DNA from: Bellilinea caldifistulae
GTDB lineage: Bacteria > Chloroflexota > Anaerolineae > Anaerolineales > Anaerolineaceae
Reading direction: 5' to 3'
DNA length: 32,000 nucleotides
Assembly: GCF_001306055.1 (NCBI RefSeq)
Contig: NZ_LGHJ01000015.1
Location: 60,001 to 92,000, forward strand
Of the stretch, positions 16,211 through 24,694 are shown in pieces (the first letter of the stretch is position 1; each line of letters starts with the position of its first letter). The notes beneath the pieces are model-generated. The model was not told where the DNA came from. It made no database searches and was given only the letters and a program-made list of their open reading frames with translations. Position numbers and translations under genes: made by a program.

Positions 16211-18139
16211 TCAGGCGACGTTGGCTTTGTAAAGCGGGCGGTAATCGGCGACGAACACGCTCACCCAGTGGCGCACCTTCATGCGGATTTCATCGTGGGT
16301 GAACAAGGCCCCGCTGGTCTCGCGGTCGGCGACGAAAATCTCCGGCAGCAAGCCGAACCGTTCGCCGAGGATGATGCCGGGGGCCAGTTTCGGGTCGGCA
16401 ACGGCTGCCCAGTCGTTGGGGTCGCCGAATTCCGGGCAGGTGATTACATCGCCCATCTCGCCGCGCTGCAGGTTTTCGGAGAAGATGCCGGTTTCCCGCT
16501 CGAAAGCCGGGTAGAGAATGCGCATGGCGGTCAGGCGCAGACTGCGCGGCACAATCAGGTAGCGGGCATCCAGCGCCAGTTTGGGGGCGCTGCCGCCCTC
16601 AGCCACCAGCATCGGCTGCTCGTAGATGGCTTTGCTGGCGGCTTCCCAAGCCTCGCCGGAAAGGGCCGCCGTGCCCACATTGTGGTGATTGGCGGCATGA
16701 AACACGGCGCTGCCATCCGCCATTTGCGGCCCAACCCCGTTGTTGGCGGTGAAGATGCTGCCGACCAGCGCCGAAATGCGCCGCAGGGCAGCCGATGCCA
16801 GTTTGCGCGGGTACTGGCGCAGTTTGTGGGTTTCGTCGCGCTCGAACATCTCCAGCGTCAGCGCCACAAACCCGCCGTACTTGCCCCATTCGCCCACCTC
16901 CGCCGAATCGCGGATTGCCAGCTCGGTGTAGGCAGCCCCTTCGGCGACACCCGGCAGGACGCTCACTTCCCCCACCAGCACGCCGGTGATCGGGTGCAGG
17001 TTGCTGAAATGCTCCACGCTGACAATGGGTTCCCACCAGCGGTAACCGCTGCGCCCCAGTTCCTCCCAGCCCATCACTACCATTTTGTTAAGGGCGTCTT
17101 TGAGCAGTCCGGGCAGAGTGGCGGTGGTGGAAAGGGTGACTCGTTCGGGGTAGTAGCCGCCGTAGAAGTTGTAGTCACCGGTTAGCAGGGTGTAAAGCTC
17201 GCGGATGCCGCTCAGGCGGGCGGCTTTCAGGCCGTTCAGAGCAGCCGGCTTGGGAATACCCAGCAGATCATGGACGGCCGCCTTCAATTGATCCTCCGGC
17301 GAGTAGATCGCTTCGATGCGCGCCGGGCCGTTCACCCACTGGCCGGCGGTCAATTCGCTGACCATCTGGCGGGTGTCCTCGATGGTGCGCTGCAAATCGG
17401 CCGGGTCGAACGTCCGCCCGCTGAACTGGCGGCGGATGCGCTCGGCTGCGGCGGTCGGCAGGTGGGCGGCAGCCAGCGACTGGTCGAGCAGCAGGCGGCA
17501 CAATTCCCCTTCCAGCGCGGCAGCCGATGGCTGAGGTGGGGCGGCGGGCGTCCCTGGCGCATCAGCGGGGATTGGGGTTGGGTTGAGTTCGTTCATCAGG
17601 TTTCCTCCATCGGTTGAAAAATGAGTGAAATGGGTTTGCGGGGATTGCTGGTTGAGGGCGCGCAGAAAGGCACCACCGCGCGCCGGTTGAATCACACAAT
17701 CCACCGAAAGGACACGCACAATTTTTTCGACCTGCCGCCCGCGTGCGGTGAACAGCAAATCGGCAGAAAAACCGACCTGCGGGCGGACGGATTCGTCCAG
17801 CATGGCGCTGCCGAGGGCGCGCAGCAGCGCAGCCGCCGGCCCCAGCGGTTTAAGGCGCAGGCGGATGCCCTGACGCGCCTCGTCCCACTGCGGGTCATAT
17901 ACCACCCCGGCCAGATCGCGCAGGCTGCGCTCGCCGAGATGATGGTCAAGGTAGCACTCGCGCCCGTCCCACAACGGCAGGGACTGGCGCAGCACCTCGG
18001 CGGTGAAGTGCCAGCCGTTGCCCTCCCCGGCGGTGATGGCGAGGATTTCAAATTCGCCCAACGCCTCGCCGTTCAATTGCAGACGGGCGGCGCAATCCAT
18101 CACGGTGGATGCGGGTGAAATCTGAACCGGCGGGTTCAT
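16211..18139 (-). CDS. Prohead protease (HK97/S78-like) - scaffold/delta-like linker - major capsid protein fusion (642 aa)
   Basis: N-terminal motifs fit the S78 prohead protease pattern: YLDHH, VGFSADL and VLSVDCVIQPARGGA. Residues ~180-300 are Ala/Leu/Gln-rich and helical. The C-terminal ~340 aa are capsid-like and sit directly after the portal gene, with an ATGA overlap at 18136-18139. Confidence 0.75.
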   Translation of the reverse strand: MNPPVQISPASTVMDCAARLQLNGEALGEFEILAITAGEGNGWHFTAEVLRQSLPLWDGRECYLDHHLGERSLRDLAGVVYDPQWDEARQGIRLRLKPLGPAAALLRALGSAMLDESVRPQVGFSADLLFTARGRQVEKIVRVLSVDCVIQPARGGAFLRALNQQSPQTHFTHFSTDGGNLMNELNPTPIPADAPGTPAAPPQPSAAALEGELCRLLLDQSLAAAHLPTAAAERIRRQFSGRTFDPADLQRTIEDTRQMVSELTAGQWVNGPARIEAIYSPEDQLKAAVHDLLGIPKPAALNGLKAARLSGIRELYTLLTGDYNFYGGYYPERVTLSTTATLPGLLKDALNKMVVMGWEELGRSGYRWWEPIVSVEHFSNLHPITGVLVGEVSVLPGVAEGAAYTELAIRDSAEVGEWGKYGGFVALTLEMFERDETHKLRQYPRKLASAALRRISALVGSIFTANNGVGPQMADGSAVFHAANHHNVGTAALSGEAWEAASKAIYEQPMLVAEGGSAPKLALDARYLIVPRSLRLTAMRILYPAFERETGIFSENLQRGEMGDVITCPEFGDPNDWAAVADPKLAPGIILGERFGLLPEIFVADRETSGALFTHDEIRMKVRHWVSVFVADYRPLYKANVA

Positions 18140-19572
18140 TCCAGACCTCCGTTTTTGGGCTCGCCGCTGGTTAAATCCACCTTGCCTTCGGGGAAGCCGC
18201 CCCTCTGCCGTCCGGCCGGCCCGGCGGGCAGAGCGGCTTTGCCGCCTTCCAGCAGTTCCTCCACCTCGGCCGTCTCGCCGATGAAGCGGTAAACCACCCG
18301 CAGCAGTTCGCGGTCGTCAATCAGGCCGCGGTCGCGCAGCTGCCCCACCACCGCCAGAATGTGGTTGCCGGCCAGTCCGAGGGCGACATTATCGCGCGCT
18401 GAAAGGTCGCCGCCATGCACACGGATGACGGCCTGCCCGTCCACCCGTCCGCCGCCGGGACGGCGGCCCTGCGCCAGAGCGCGGCGCTGTACGGCAATCC
18501 GCAGTAAATCGGCAATCACCTGCAGAAAGAAGGCCTGGCGCTGCTCAAAGCGGCGGTAGGTCGGGCCGCCGGCGGCTTCGGCGGTGGTGCGCGTGCTGGA
18601 TTCCGGCTCGGCGAGGAAGTGCAGCGGCAGGCCGGCTCCGGCGGCAATCATCTTCTTGATCGCCAGCCCGTCGGTGTTGGCGTCATCGGCTTCGAGGCGC
18701 GGCTGAATCACCTCCCAGGTCTCGTTTTCATCGGTCACCAGAATCGAACCGGGGGCCGGCGGCTGGGCATTCAGGCGCTGCTGGCGTGCCAGCCGTTCGC
18801 CTTCGCCGGTAAAGCGCGAGCGCACCACGTACAAAAACGCCGTGCGGTAGCGGTTCAGTCGGGCGCGGTCTTCCAGCCAGTTGGCGTAACGACTCAGCCA
18901 GCGCAGCAGGGGCAGCAGATCCGATTCGCCCCACACGCAGCCCGCCGGCCGGTTGATGGCGTAGTGGCGCATTACCGCCGGAAAGCGGCCGCCGGCGTCC
19001 GGCCCATCCTCCAAGGGCTGATAGGCCGGCCAGGCCTGTACCTCGCGGCCATCCAGTCCGGGGACCGGTTGGTACTCCAGCGGCTGATCAACATCGTTTG
19101 GGCGGGTGCGGATCTCGTCAATCTGGGCGGCCGGCACAGCCCGGAAGTAACTCATCCCGGCGGGGTCGGTGGAAATCAGGATGAACAGATTACCGCTACG
19201 GGTCAGTTCGTCGCACCATTCGGGCAGGCGCAGGCTCAACTGGTTGAGCGGGTGATGCCACAACTGGTGCAAAAATCGGCTGGTAGCCGGGTGCTCGCAG
19301 GCAAAGGTGATTCCGCCGCCGACCACGTACTGGGTGGTCAGTTCGACGATCCGCCGTGCCAGCGGATTGACCCGCCAGGCTTCCAGCGCCTGCTGGAGCG
19401 CCTCGCGCCTTTCGGCAAACGGGCGCTCATGAGGCGGGGCGGAAGCGGATCGAGCGCCCAGGGTAAAGGTATTGTCAGTTTCGGTTTGCAGGGCTGCCCG
19501 CACCTGAAGGCGCACTTCATCCGCCAGCAGACGGCGGCGCAGCCCTTGCCAGAAAGTTTCTTTCATCTTCAC
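18136..19572 (-). CDS. Phage portal protein
   Basis: 478 aa, positioned between TerL and the protease-capsid gene. The segment WGESDLLPLLRWLSRYANWLEDRARLNRYRTAFLYVV resembles portal family core motifs. RBS gaggtg is present. Confidence 0.75.
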   Translation of the reverse strand: MKMKETFWQGLRRRLLADEVRLQVRAALQTETDNTFTLGARSASAPPHERPFAERREALQQALEAWRVNPLARRIVELTTQYVVGGGITFACEHPATSRFLHQLWHHPLNQLSLRLPEWCDELTRSGNLFILISTDPAGMSYFRAVPAAQIDEIRTRPNDVDQPLEYQPVPGLDGREVQAWPAYQPLEDGPDAGGRFPAVMRHYAINRPAGCVWGESDLLPLLRWLSRYANWLEDRARLNRYRTAFLYVVRSRFTGEGERLARQQRLNAQPPAPGSILVTDENETWEVIQPRLEADDANTDGLAIKKMIAAGAGLPLHFLAEPESSTRTTAEAAGGPTYRRFEQRQAFFLQVIADLLRIAVQRRALAQGRRPGGGRVDGQAVIRVHGGDLSARDNVALGLAGNHILAVVGQLRDRGLIDDRELLRVVYRFIGETAEVEELLEGGKAALPAGPAGRQRGGFPEGKVDLTSGEPKNGGLE

Positions 19573-19593
19573 CTCGTTTCAGAAGACAGGGGT

Positions 19594-21132
19594 TCAAAAA
19601 CCGCGGTCAAGGTCGCGCAGCGGGTCACAGCCCGGCACAATCAGCGTTTCACCGCCGGACGGCAGGGGTTGATCATCCAGCAGACTGACCAGCGCCGCTG
19701 AGATGAGCAGGTCGTCGTGGGCTGGCTGACCGCTGAGCGGATCGCGGCTGCCATCCGGTACGCCCCAGCGCATTCGTTTTTCGGGGCCGGGCAGAATCTC
19801 GTACTGGCACAAGTCCAGTTGACGGGAGAACAACCGGCCGGCTTCGTCCTGTTCGGCATCGGCGGCTTCTTTCCATCGTCCGCTTTCCACCAGCGAGAGA
19901 AAATCCCAGCCCAGTTTGCTCTTGCTGGCGGTCGAGAAGGTGAAGGGAATCACCCGGCCCGGCAAAGCCCGGCTGAGAAAATCCGCCAGCCCGGCTCCGA
20001 TGCCGGTGGCATCCACCACCACCCGCCAAGGCCGCCAGATTTCCGCCAGAGCACGTAATTCGGTGTACAGGTCGCTGTGGCGGGTGCCCACCCACAGGCG
20101 GCGTCGAACGCAGCGGTAGGTGGGGGCGCGCAGCAGCGGGTCGGCGCAGGTGCTGCGGTCGACCGCTACAATCGTCAGGGCGGTGGCATCCCGGGCTGCA
20201 TTGAGGGGGTTTTCGCCCGTAGCGGGTGTACCGGTGGTTTCGTCCGCCCCGGCCACATCCAGCAAAAAGGCGTAGATTTCCCCCGGCTGCGGCTGGTCGA
20301 GCAGGCGGTGACTGCCGGTCAGGCGCGCCCGCCGTTCCGGCGGGAACAGTCCGCCCTGCCCGTCAATTTCCTCGCTGTAGTACTGGCTGCGGATGAATGG
20401 GTGCTGGCGGCCGAGGCGCGCCACCTGTTCGGCGACAAACCGGGCGTAGGCGGGTACCTCGGCGGCAACCTGATCGGCGCTGGCGATGAAGACCCGCTGT
20501 ACGCCGTCCTGCTGCTGGGCATGGCGCGCCAAACGCAGTTCGCGTGCCAGCAGAGTCTGGCTGGTCCAGGCGGTGCCCCACAGGACGCGGGTGGCGTTGG
20601 TGGAGGCTGCCATCGGGGCAATTTCTTTGTCGAATTTTTCGATTTCCACGTCCTGGGCTTCGTCCACTTCCAGCAGGGCGCTGGCGGTTGCCCCGACGAT
20701 GTTGCTGTGGGGTTCGCCGCTCAAAAAGAAAATCCGCGCCCGTCCGACGCGGTAGATGTAGCCGCTTTCGCGCATCCAGTTCCCGTTGAGCAGGCTGTTG
20801 CGTTCCAGCACGCGCTGCAAGCGGCGCATGGCGTTCAGCGATTGCGGTTTCCAGGTCGGCGAAATTTTGACAATTTCGGCCTCGCAGTCCTGCAAACAGG
20901 TCAGCAGGTAGGCCTCCAGCTGCGCCTGCACCTCGTTTTTACCCGACTGGCGCGGGAACAGCACCACGAAAGTCAACCCCTGGCGGTACAGCACCGAGCG
21001 GGCAACTGCCCGAATGACTTCCGCCTGATAGGAACGCAGGCGGATTTTGCCGAATGCCCGCGCAAACAAGCACGGGTCTTGCAGGGCTTCGCGCAGGGTG
21101 ATCAGGGAAGGGTCTTTTTTCTCCGATTGCAT
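19594..21132 (-). CDS. terL: Terminase large subunit
   Basis: From ATG 21132, with RBS aaggagg: Walker A-like FPRQSGKNE, Walker B-like LLEVDEAQDV, and a C-terminal nuclease-like region (VVVDATGIGAGL). The track's extension to 21369 has no support. Confidence 0.85.
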   Translation of the reverse strand: MQSEKKDPSLITLREALQDPCLFARAFGKIRLRSYQAEVIRAVARSVLYRQGLTFVVLFPRQSGKNEVQAQLEAYLLTCLQDCEAEIVKISPTWKPQSLNAMRRLQRVLERNSLLNGNWMRESGYIYRVGRARIFFLSGEPHSNIVGATASALLEVDEAQDVEIEKFDKEIAPMAASTNATRVLWGTAWTSQTLLARELRLARHAQQQDGVQRVFIASADQVAAEVPAYARFVAEQVARLGRQHPFIRSQYYSEEIDGQGGLFPPERRARLTGSHRLLDQPQPGEIYAFLLDVAGADETTGTPATGENPLNAARDATALTIVAVDRSTCADPLLRAPTYRCVRRRLWVGTRHSDLYTELRALAEIWRPWRVVVDATGIGAGLADFLSRALPGRVIPFTFSTASKSKLGWDFLSLVESGRWKEAADAEQDEAGRLFSRQLDLCQYEILPGPEKRMRWGVPDGSRDPLSGQPAHDDLLISAALVSLLDDQPLPSGGETLIVPGCDPLRDLDRGF

Positions 21133-21259
21133 AAACCTCCTTGTGAAAAGAAAATGGGGGCGGGCTGAGAGGGGGGCCGGCGGCAGGTTCCGCTCCGCGA
21201 GGGGATGCCGTCCGGGGTTGAAGGTCGTCCACAACCCAGCCCGCCCGGCTGGGAGGGCA

Positions 21260-21571
21260 TCAGTCCTGGCTTTCGCTGAGCAGGGAGTGGATGCCATTGG
21301 CTTCCATTTCGGTGCGAATCTCCTCCAGCGTTGCCCGAACCAGATCGCCGCTGGTTTCCTGCTCGGCAAGCGACTGCTCGGTTTTCAGCAGGGTTGCCAG
21401 GCTGGCGCAGGCGCGCGAAACGGTCTGCAACACCGAGAGCAACTCGCCCAGCGAGATGCCGTCATCCGCCAGCGACTGGGCGCGCCGAATCAGCAGGCGC
21501 ATCATGCGAATTTCCTCGCTCAGTTTGCCGCCGTTGCGGGGGCGTTTGGATGGGCTGACGGTTCGGCTCAT
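21260..21571 (-). CDS. Small helical protein at the head of the phage cluster (possible small terminase or regulator)
   Basis: 103 aa with RBS gggaggg. It has a basic N-terminus (SPSKRPRNGGK), then predicted helices. It is the first gene of the co-directional cluster. Function is assigned from position only. Confidence 0.45.
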   Translation of the reverse strand: MSRTVSPSKRPRNGGKLSEEIRMMRLLIRRAQSLADDGISLGELLSVLQTVSRACASLATLLKTEQSLAEQETSGDLVRATLEEIRTEMEANGIHSLLSESQD

Positions 21572-21611
21572 TTTCCCTCCCGAAATAGAATTTATGTTCT
21601 ATTACAGAGTG

Positions 21612-21640
21612 AGTGTAGAACATACAAAGCCGCCCGTCAA
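21612..21640 (-). promoter_or_regulatory. Candidate promoter of the phage-like operon, overlapped by an inverted repeat
   Basis: On the minus strand, TTGACG lies at 21640..21635 and TACACT at 21617..21612, 17 nt apart. The 8-bp inverted repeat atgttcta (21594-21601) / tagaacat (21616-21623) overlaps the -10 and the start region. Confidence 0.3.
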
Positions 21641-21968
21641 TCTGTCAAAAGGTGCAATTTCTGGCATCGAATCTGCACCCTGGTGCAGTGTCCTATGTCC
21701 GATTTCGATGATGATTACTTTACAAATGGGTTACAACCGCTTTACAGTTGCCTTTCAGCGCCAATTTTTTGGCTCAGCCTGCGCTATACTCAAAAAGCGG
21801 TCAAAAGTGATGGACAAACCGTGAATTGTCCAAAAACGGTTACAAAAAAGTGTATAGCGGATGACAAAACACCAAAAACTAACCAAAAACTATTGACTTT
21901 TATACCGCACTGCCTTAATGTAAAAGCAGCAGGAAAAGACCTTTTCTGCCGCGGAAGATAGGAGCCGT

Positions 21969-22823
21969 ATGTTCCAATTCCTTCAAATCCTCCCAAAGCC
22001 GATCCGCCGCAGTCCGCTGTGGCGGGATGGACGTGCCCAGTCGTTCATCGAACTGGCGCTGGTTCTGCCCGTTTTGCTGATCATGTTGCTGGGTCTGGTG
22101 GAAGTGGTAATTTTCATCGGCCGCTATCTGGATGTGCTGGACCTGACCCGTGAGGCGGCCCGCTTTGCTTCGGTGCGCGATCCGTTTCAGTATTCCCCGC
22201 CTTCGGTCTGGCCGTCCGGGCAGAACTGCAATGCCCCCCAAAATCCGGCCCGGCCGGTGGGGGCGGATTTTTACAACATCAACGAACGCTGCATGACCTG
22301 CAGTGATCCCAATTACTTCCACTTTTACTACACCACTGCCTGCATCTTCTCGCCGCCGGCCGGGAGTGACTCTTGCCGAACGAACGATCCCTTCTGCAAC
22401 GGTCTGAATCCCTATGTAACCTTCAACCCGACCACCGATGATGTGGTCATTTCGGTGTATACCGTGTCCAACCGCACGGTCACGCATGTCTGGCCGCGCG
22501 ATGATGTCTGGCCGAACACCGGCTATTGGGCGCTTTCCGACCACGATGAGGATACCAACCACAACGGCAACTGGCGTACCGATTGCCGTGGAAACATCGT
22601 CCGCACCGAGCCCTATTACACCCGTGACCGGGTGATCAGCGGTCTCAACGATAGTGTTGGGCCGGCCAGCAAAGGTTTTGTAGCCGTCGAGTTCTACTAC
22701 TGCTATGAACAGGTACTCAATCTCCCACTTTTCACTCAAATTGTCCCAAATCCGCTCCGAATCCATGCCTACACCCTCATGTCCCTCCCCGCGGCGCAGC
22801 CGACGCCAACCCCCAGACCGTGA
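21969..22823 (+). CDS. TadE-like pseudopilin-domain protein with a Cys-rich C-terminal extension (284 aa)
   Basis: The N-terminus GRAQSFIELALVLPVLLIMLLGLVEV fits the TadE/TadF prepilin-like motif, with Glu at +5 after the putative cleavage site. RBS aggag lies before ATG 21969. Confidence 0.8.
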   Translation: MFQFLQILPKPIRRSPLWRDGRAQSFIELALVLPVLLIMLLGLVEVVIFIGRYLDVLDLTREAARFASVRDPFQYSPPSVWPSGQNCNAPQNPARPVGADFYNINERCMTCSDPNYFHFYYTTACIFSPPAGSDSCRTNDPFCNGLNPYVTFNPTTDDVVISVYTVSNRTVTHVWPRDDVWPNTGYWALSDHDEDTNHNGNWRTDCRGNIVRTEPYYTRDRVISGLNDSVGPASKGFVAVEFYYCYEQVLNLPLFTQIVPNPLRIHAYTLMSLPAAQPTPTPRP

Positions 22824-24672
22824 GCCTGCCCGCCCGGCGCGCTCCGAAGGCCAGATTCTGGTCATCTTTGCGGTGGCGTTTCTGGTGCTGCTCTTTTTCA
22901 TTGGCCTGGCGATTGACGCCGGTTCGCTGTATGTGACCTACGGCCATCTCAAACGCGCCGTAGATGCCGGGGCGGTGGCGGCCGCCAACACCTTCAAACG
23001 CGGCGAAAATCTGGCCAGCATGACCGCCGCCACCGAAGAGGTGATGGTTCTGCACAATGTGGACACCGCCACGCTCGACCTGCAGGTGTTCATCTGCGAT
23101 GCGGATGGCGATTCCAACCGGGACAGCAACCTGCCGGCCGAATTTTACGCCCGCTGCCCGGATACCAGTGCCGGACAATCGCCGCGTAAACTGGTCTGGG
23201 TAGAAGCCACCCAGCGCGCCCCGCTTTACTTCCTGGGGTTACTGGGTTTCGGGCCGGTCAACCTGACCACCAATGCCATTGCCGAAGCTGCAGCCGTGGA
23301 TCTGGTGATCGTGCTGGATATTTCCGAATCGATGGCCAGCGATACCCCCGGTTTTGTGCCGGATGATTACGACCCGGATGCGACTTGCAACCCGCTCACC
23401 CGCACCCGTCCGGTCAACCGCTCCGACCCGCCGCCGGCCGGCGCCTGCTTGCCGATGTGGCACGCCAAAAATGCCGCCGATGCGCTCATTTCGCGCATGT
23501 ACCAGGGCTTCGATCAGGTGGCCATCATCACCTACGACTCGCGTGCCGAATTGCATCCCATCCCCAACCTGCATGGGGTGACGGTGGCGCTGACCGACGA
23601 CCTCGAAGCGGCCCGCAATTACCTGTGGAACAGCATCAAAGTGCATGACGACCCGCCCGTCCGCCGCATCTGGAAGCAGTGGGTGGATTACCGCGCCGTC
23701 AATCCGGTCAATCCCGAAGACCGCGACGGTGACGGCTCCGATGCCGATAATCCGACCGTCGTTGGCTATACCTGCCCCAACATGAGCGACCCGCGCATGG
23801 CCGATCGCTGGTGGGCCGTTTCCGAAGGCGGTCCCGACCCCTACGGCTGGGGCGGGGTGCCCTGCGATGATGACGGCCTGCTGGATGCCTACGATTGGGA
23901 CGGCGACGGTGTGTTCACCATGGCCGATCATAACGCGGCGCTGGCTTACCTTGCCAAATACCCGGTGCAGTACAGTCAGGGACGCCCGATCCGCCCATCG
24001 CTCTCGCCGCTTTCCACCTGCATCGGCTGCGGCTTGCGGGCTGCCAATCTGGTGCTGAACGATGCCCGTCCGGGGGCTGTGTGGGTGGTAGTCCTGTTCA
24101 CCGATGGAGTGGTCAACCTGAGCGATACCGCCGGCAGCGGCGGCAGTGGCCCGGGCGATACGCCGTGGACGGGCGGTCTCGTGCCGCTTGCCTACCCCGA
24201 CGGCTTTTGTGATGGACGGCTGAATCAGGGCTGGTGGCCGAGCCTGTGCATTGACACCACTTTTACCCCGCGTTATTGCATTGACGATCAGGAACAAACC
24301 TGCCCGCCGGGTTCAACCTGGATTCGCAATAACAACCAACCTTCCTTCAACCGCAACAACAAGTACTCGGTCAGCGATTATGCCCGCGACATGGCCGATG
24401 CCCTGGCGCTGACCCGCTCGACCAATCAGAACGAGCCACGCGGCAATGATGTGGCGGTGTACACCATCGGTCTCGGTGCAGTCAGTTTGGGTGAACCGCT
24501 CCTGCGCTACATTGCCGCCGTCGGTGATGACGGCGACCGCACCACCAATCCGTGTGCTACGGCGCCAGCCTTCCGTTCCTGCGGTCAGTATTATTACACC
24601 AACAACCCCGAAGATCTGGTTCCGATCTTCGAGGATATTGCCACCCGTATCTACACGCGAATTACGCAGTGA
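22765..24672 (+). CDS. TadG-like (Tad_N) protein with a von Willebrand factor A domain
   Basis: GQILVIFAVAFLVLLFFIGLAIDAGSLYVTYGHLKRAVDAGAVAAA fits the TadG N-terminal pattern. The MIDAS motif is VDLVIVLDISESMA (DxSxS). The start is uncertain: ATG 22765 overlaps the upstream gene by 59 nt. Confidence 0.8.
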   Translation: MPTPSCPSPRRSRRQPPDREPARPARSEGQILVIFAVAFLVLLFFIGLAIDAGSLYVTYGHLKRAVDAGAVAAANTFKRGENLASMTAATEEVMVLHNVDTATLDLQVFICDADGDSNRDSNLPAEFYARCPDTSAGQSPRKLVWVEATQRAPLYFLGLLGFGPVNLTTNAIAEAAAVDLVIVLDISESMASDTPGFVPDDYDPDATCNPLTRTRPVNRSDPPPAGACLPMWHAKNAADALISRMYQGFDQVAIITYDSRAELHPIPNLHGVTVALTDDLEAARNYLWNSIKVHDDPPVRRIWKQWVDYRAVNPVNPEDRDGDGSDADNPTVVGYTCPNMSDPRMADRWWAVSEGGPDPYGWGGVPCDDDGLLDAYDWDGDGVFTMADHNAALAYLAKYPVQYSQGRPIRPSLSPLSTCIGCGLRAANLVLNDARPGAVWVVVLFTDGVVNLSDTAGSGGSGPGDTPWTGGLVPLAYPDGFCDGRLNQGWWPSLCIDTTFTPRYCIDDQEQTCPPGSTWIRNNNQPSFNRNNKYSVSDYARDMADALALTRSTNQNEPRGNDVAVYTIGLGAVSLGEPLLRYIAAVGDDGDRTTNPCATAPAFRSCGQYYYTNNPEDLVPIFEDIATRIYTRITQ

Positions 24673-24694
24673 TGCGCTTCGCGGAAAGCGAGGG

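Larger units (their letters stand above)
11495..21571 (-). mobile_element. Phage-derived particle gene cluster (head, packaging and lysis genes plus ORFans); GTA-like element, cryptic prophage remnant or satellite
   Basis: Ten co-directional genes with 4-nt ATGA overlaps or gaps of a few nt. It contains TerL, portal, protease-MCP fusion, GH25 lysozyme and a holin-like gene. No integrase, replication, repressor or tail-tube genes occur here or in the flanks. GC content is visibly higher than in the neighbouring 8.4-11.2 kb gene. Confidence 0.6.

Noticed and set aside
12341-21168. Long + strand ORFs inside the phage-like cluster (12341..13060, 13150..14418, 16268..17185, 18619..19701, 20077..21168)
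   Set aside because: These are antisense shadow ORFs, typical of high-GC coding DNA. Their products are Arg/Gly/Ala/Pro-rich low-complexity sequence without motifs, while the minus-strand genes carry recognisable phage domains and coupled starts.
21047-21961. The 304-aa + strand ORF, including an internal 89-aa candidate from ATG 21695 in the divergent intergenic region (possible Flp pilin or small regulator)
   Set aside because: Its 5' half is antisense to TerL and the small protein gene. The intergenic part has no RBS, no hydrophobic pilin-like segment and AT-rich promoter-like composition.
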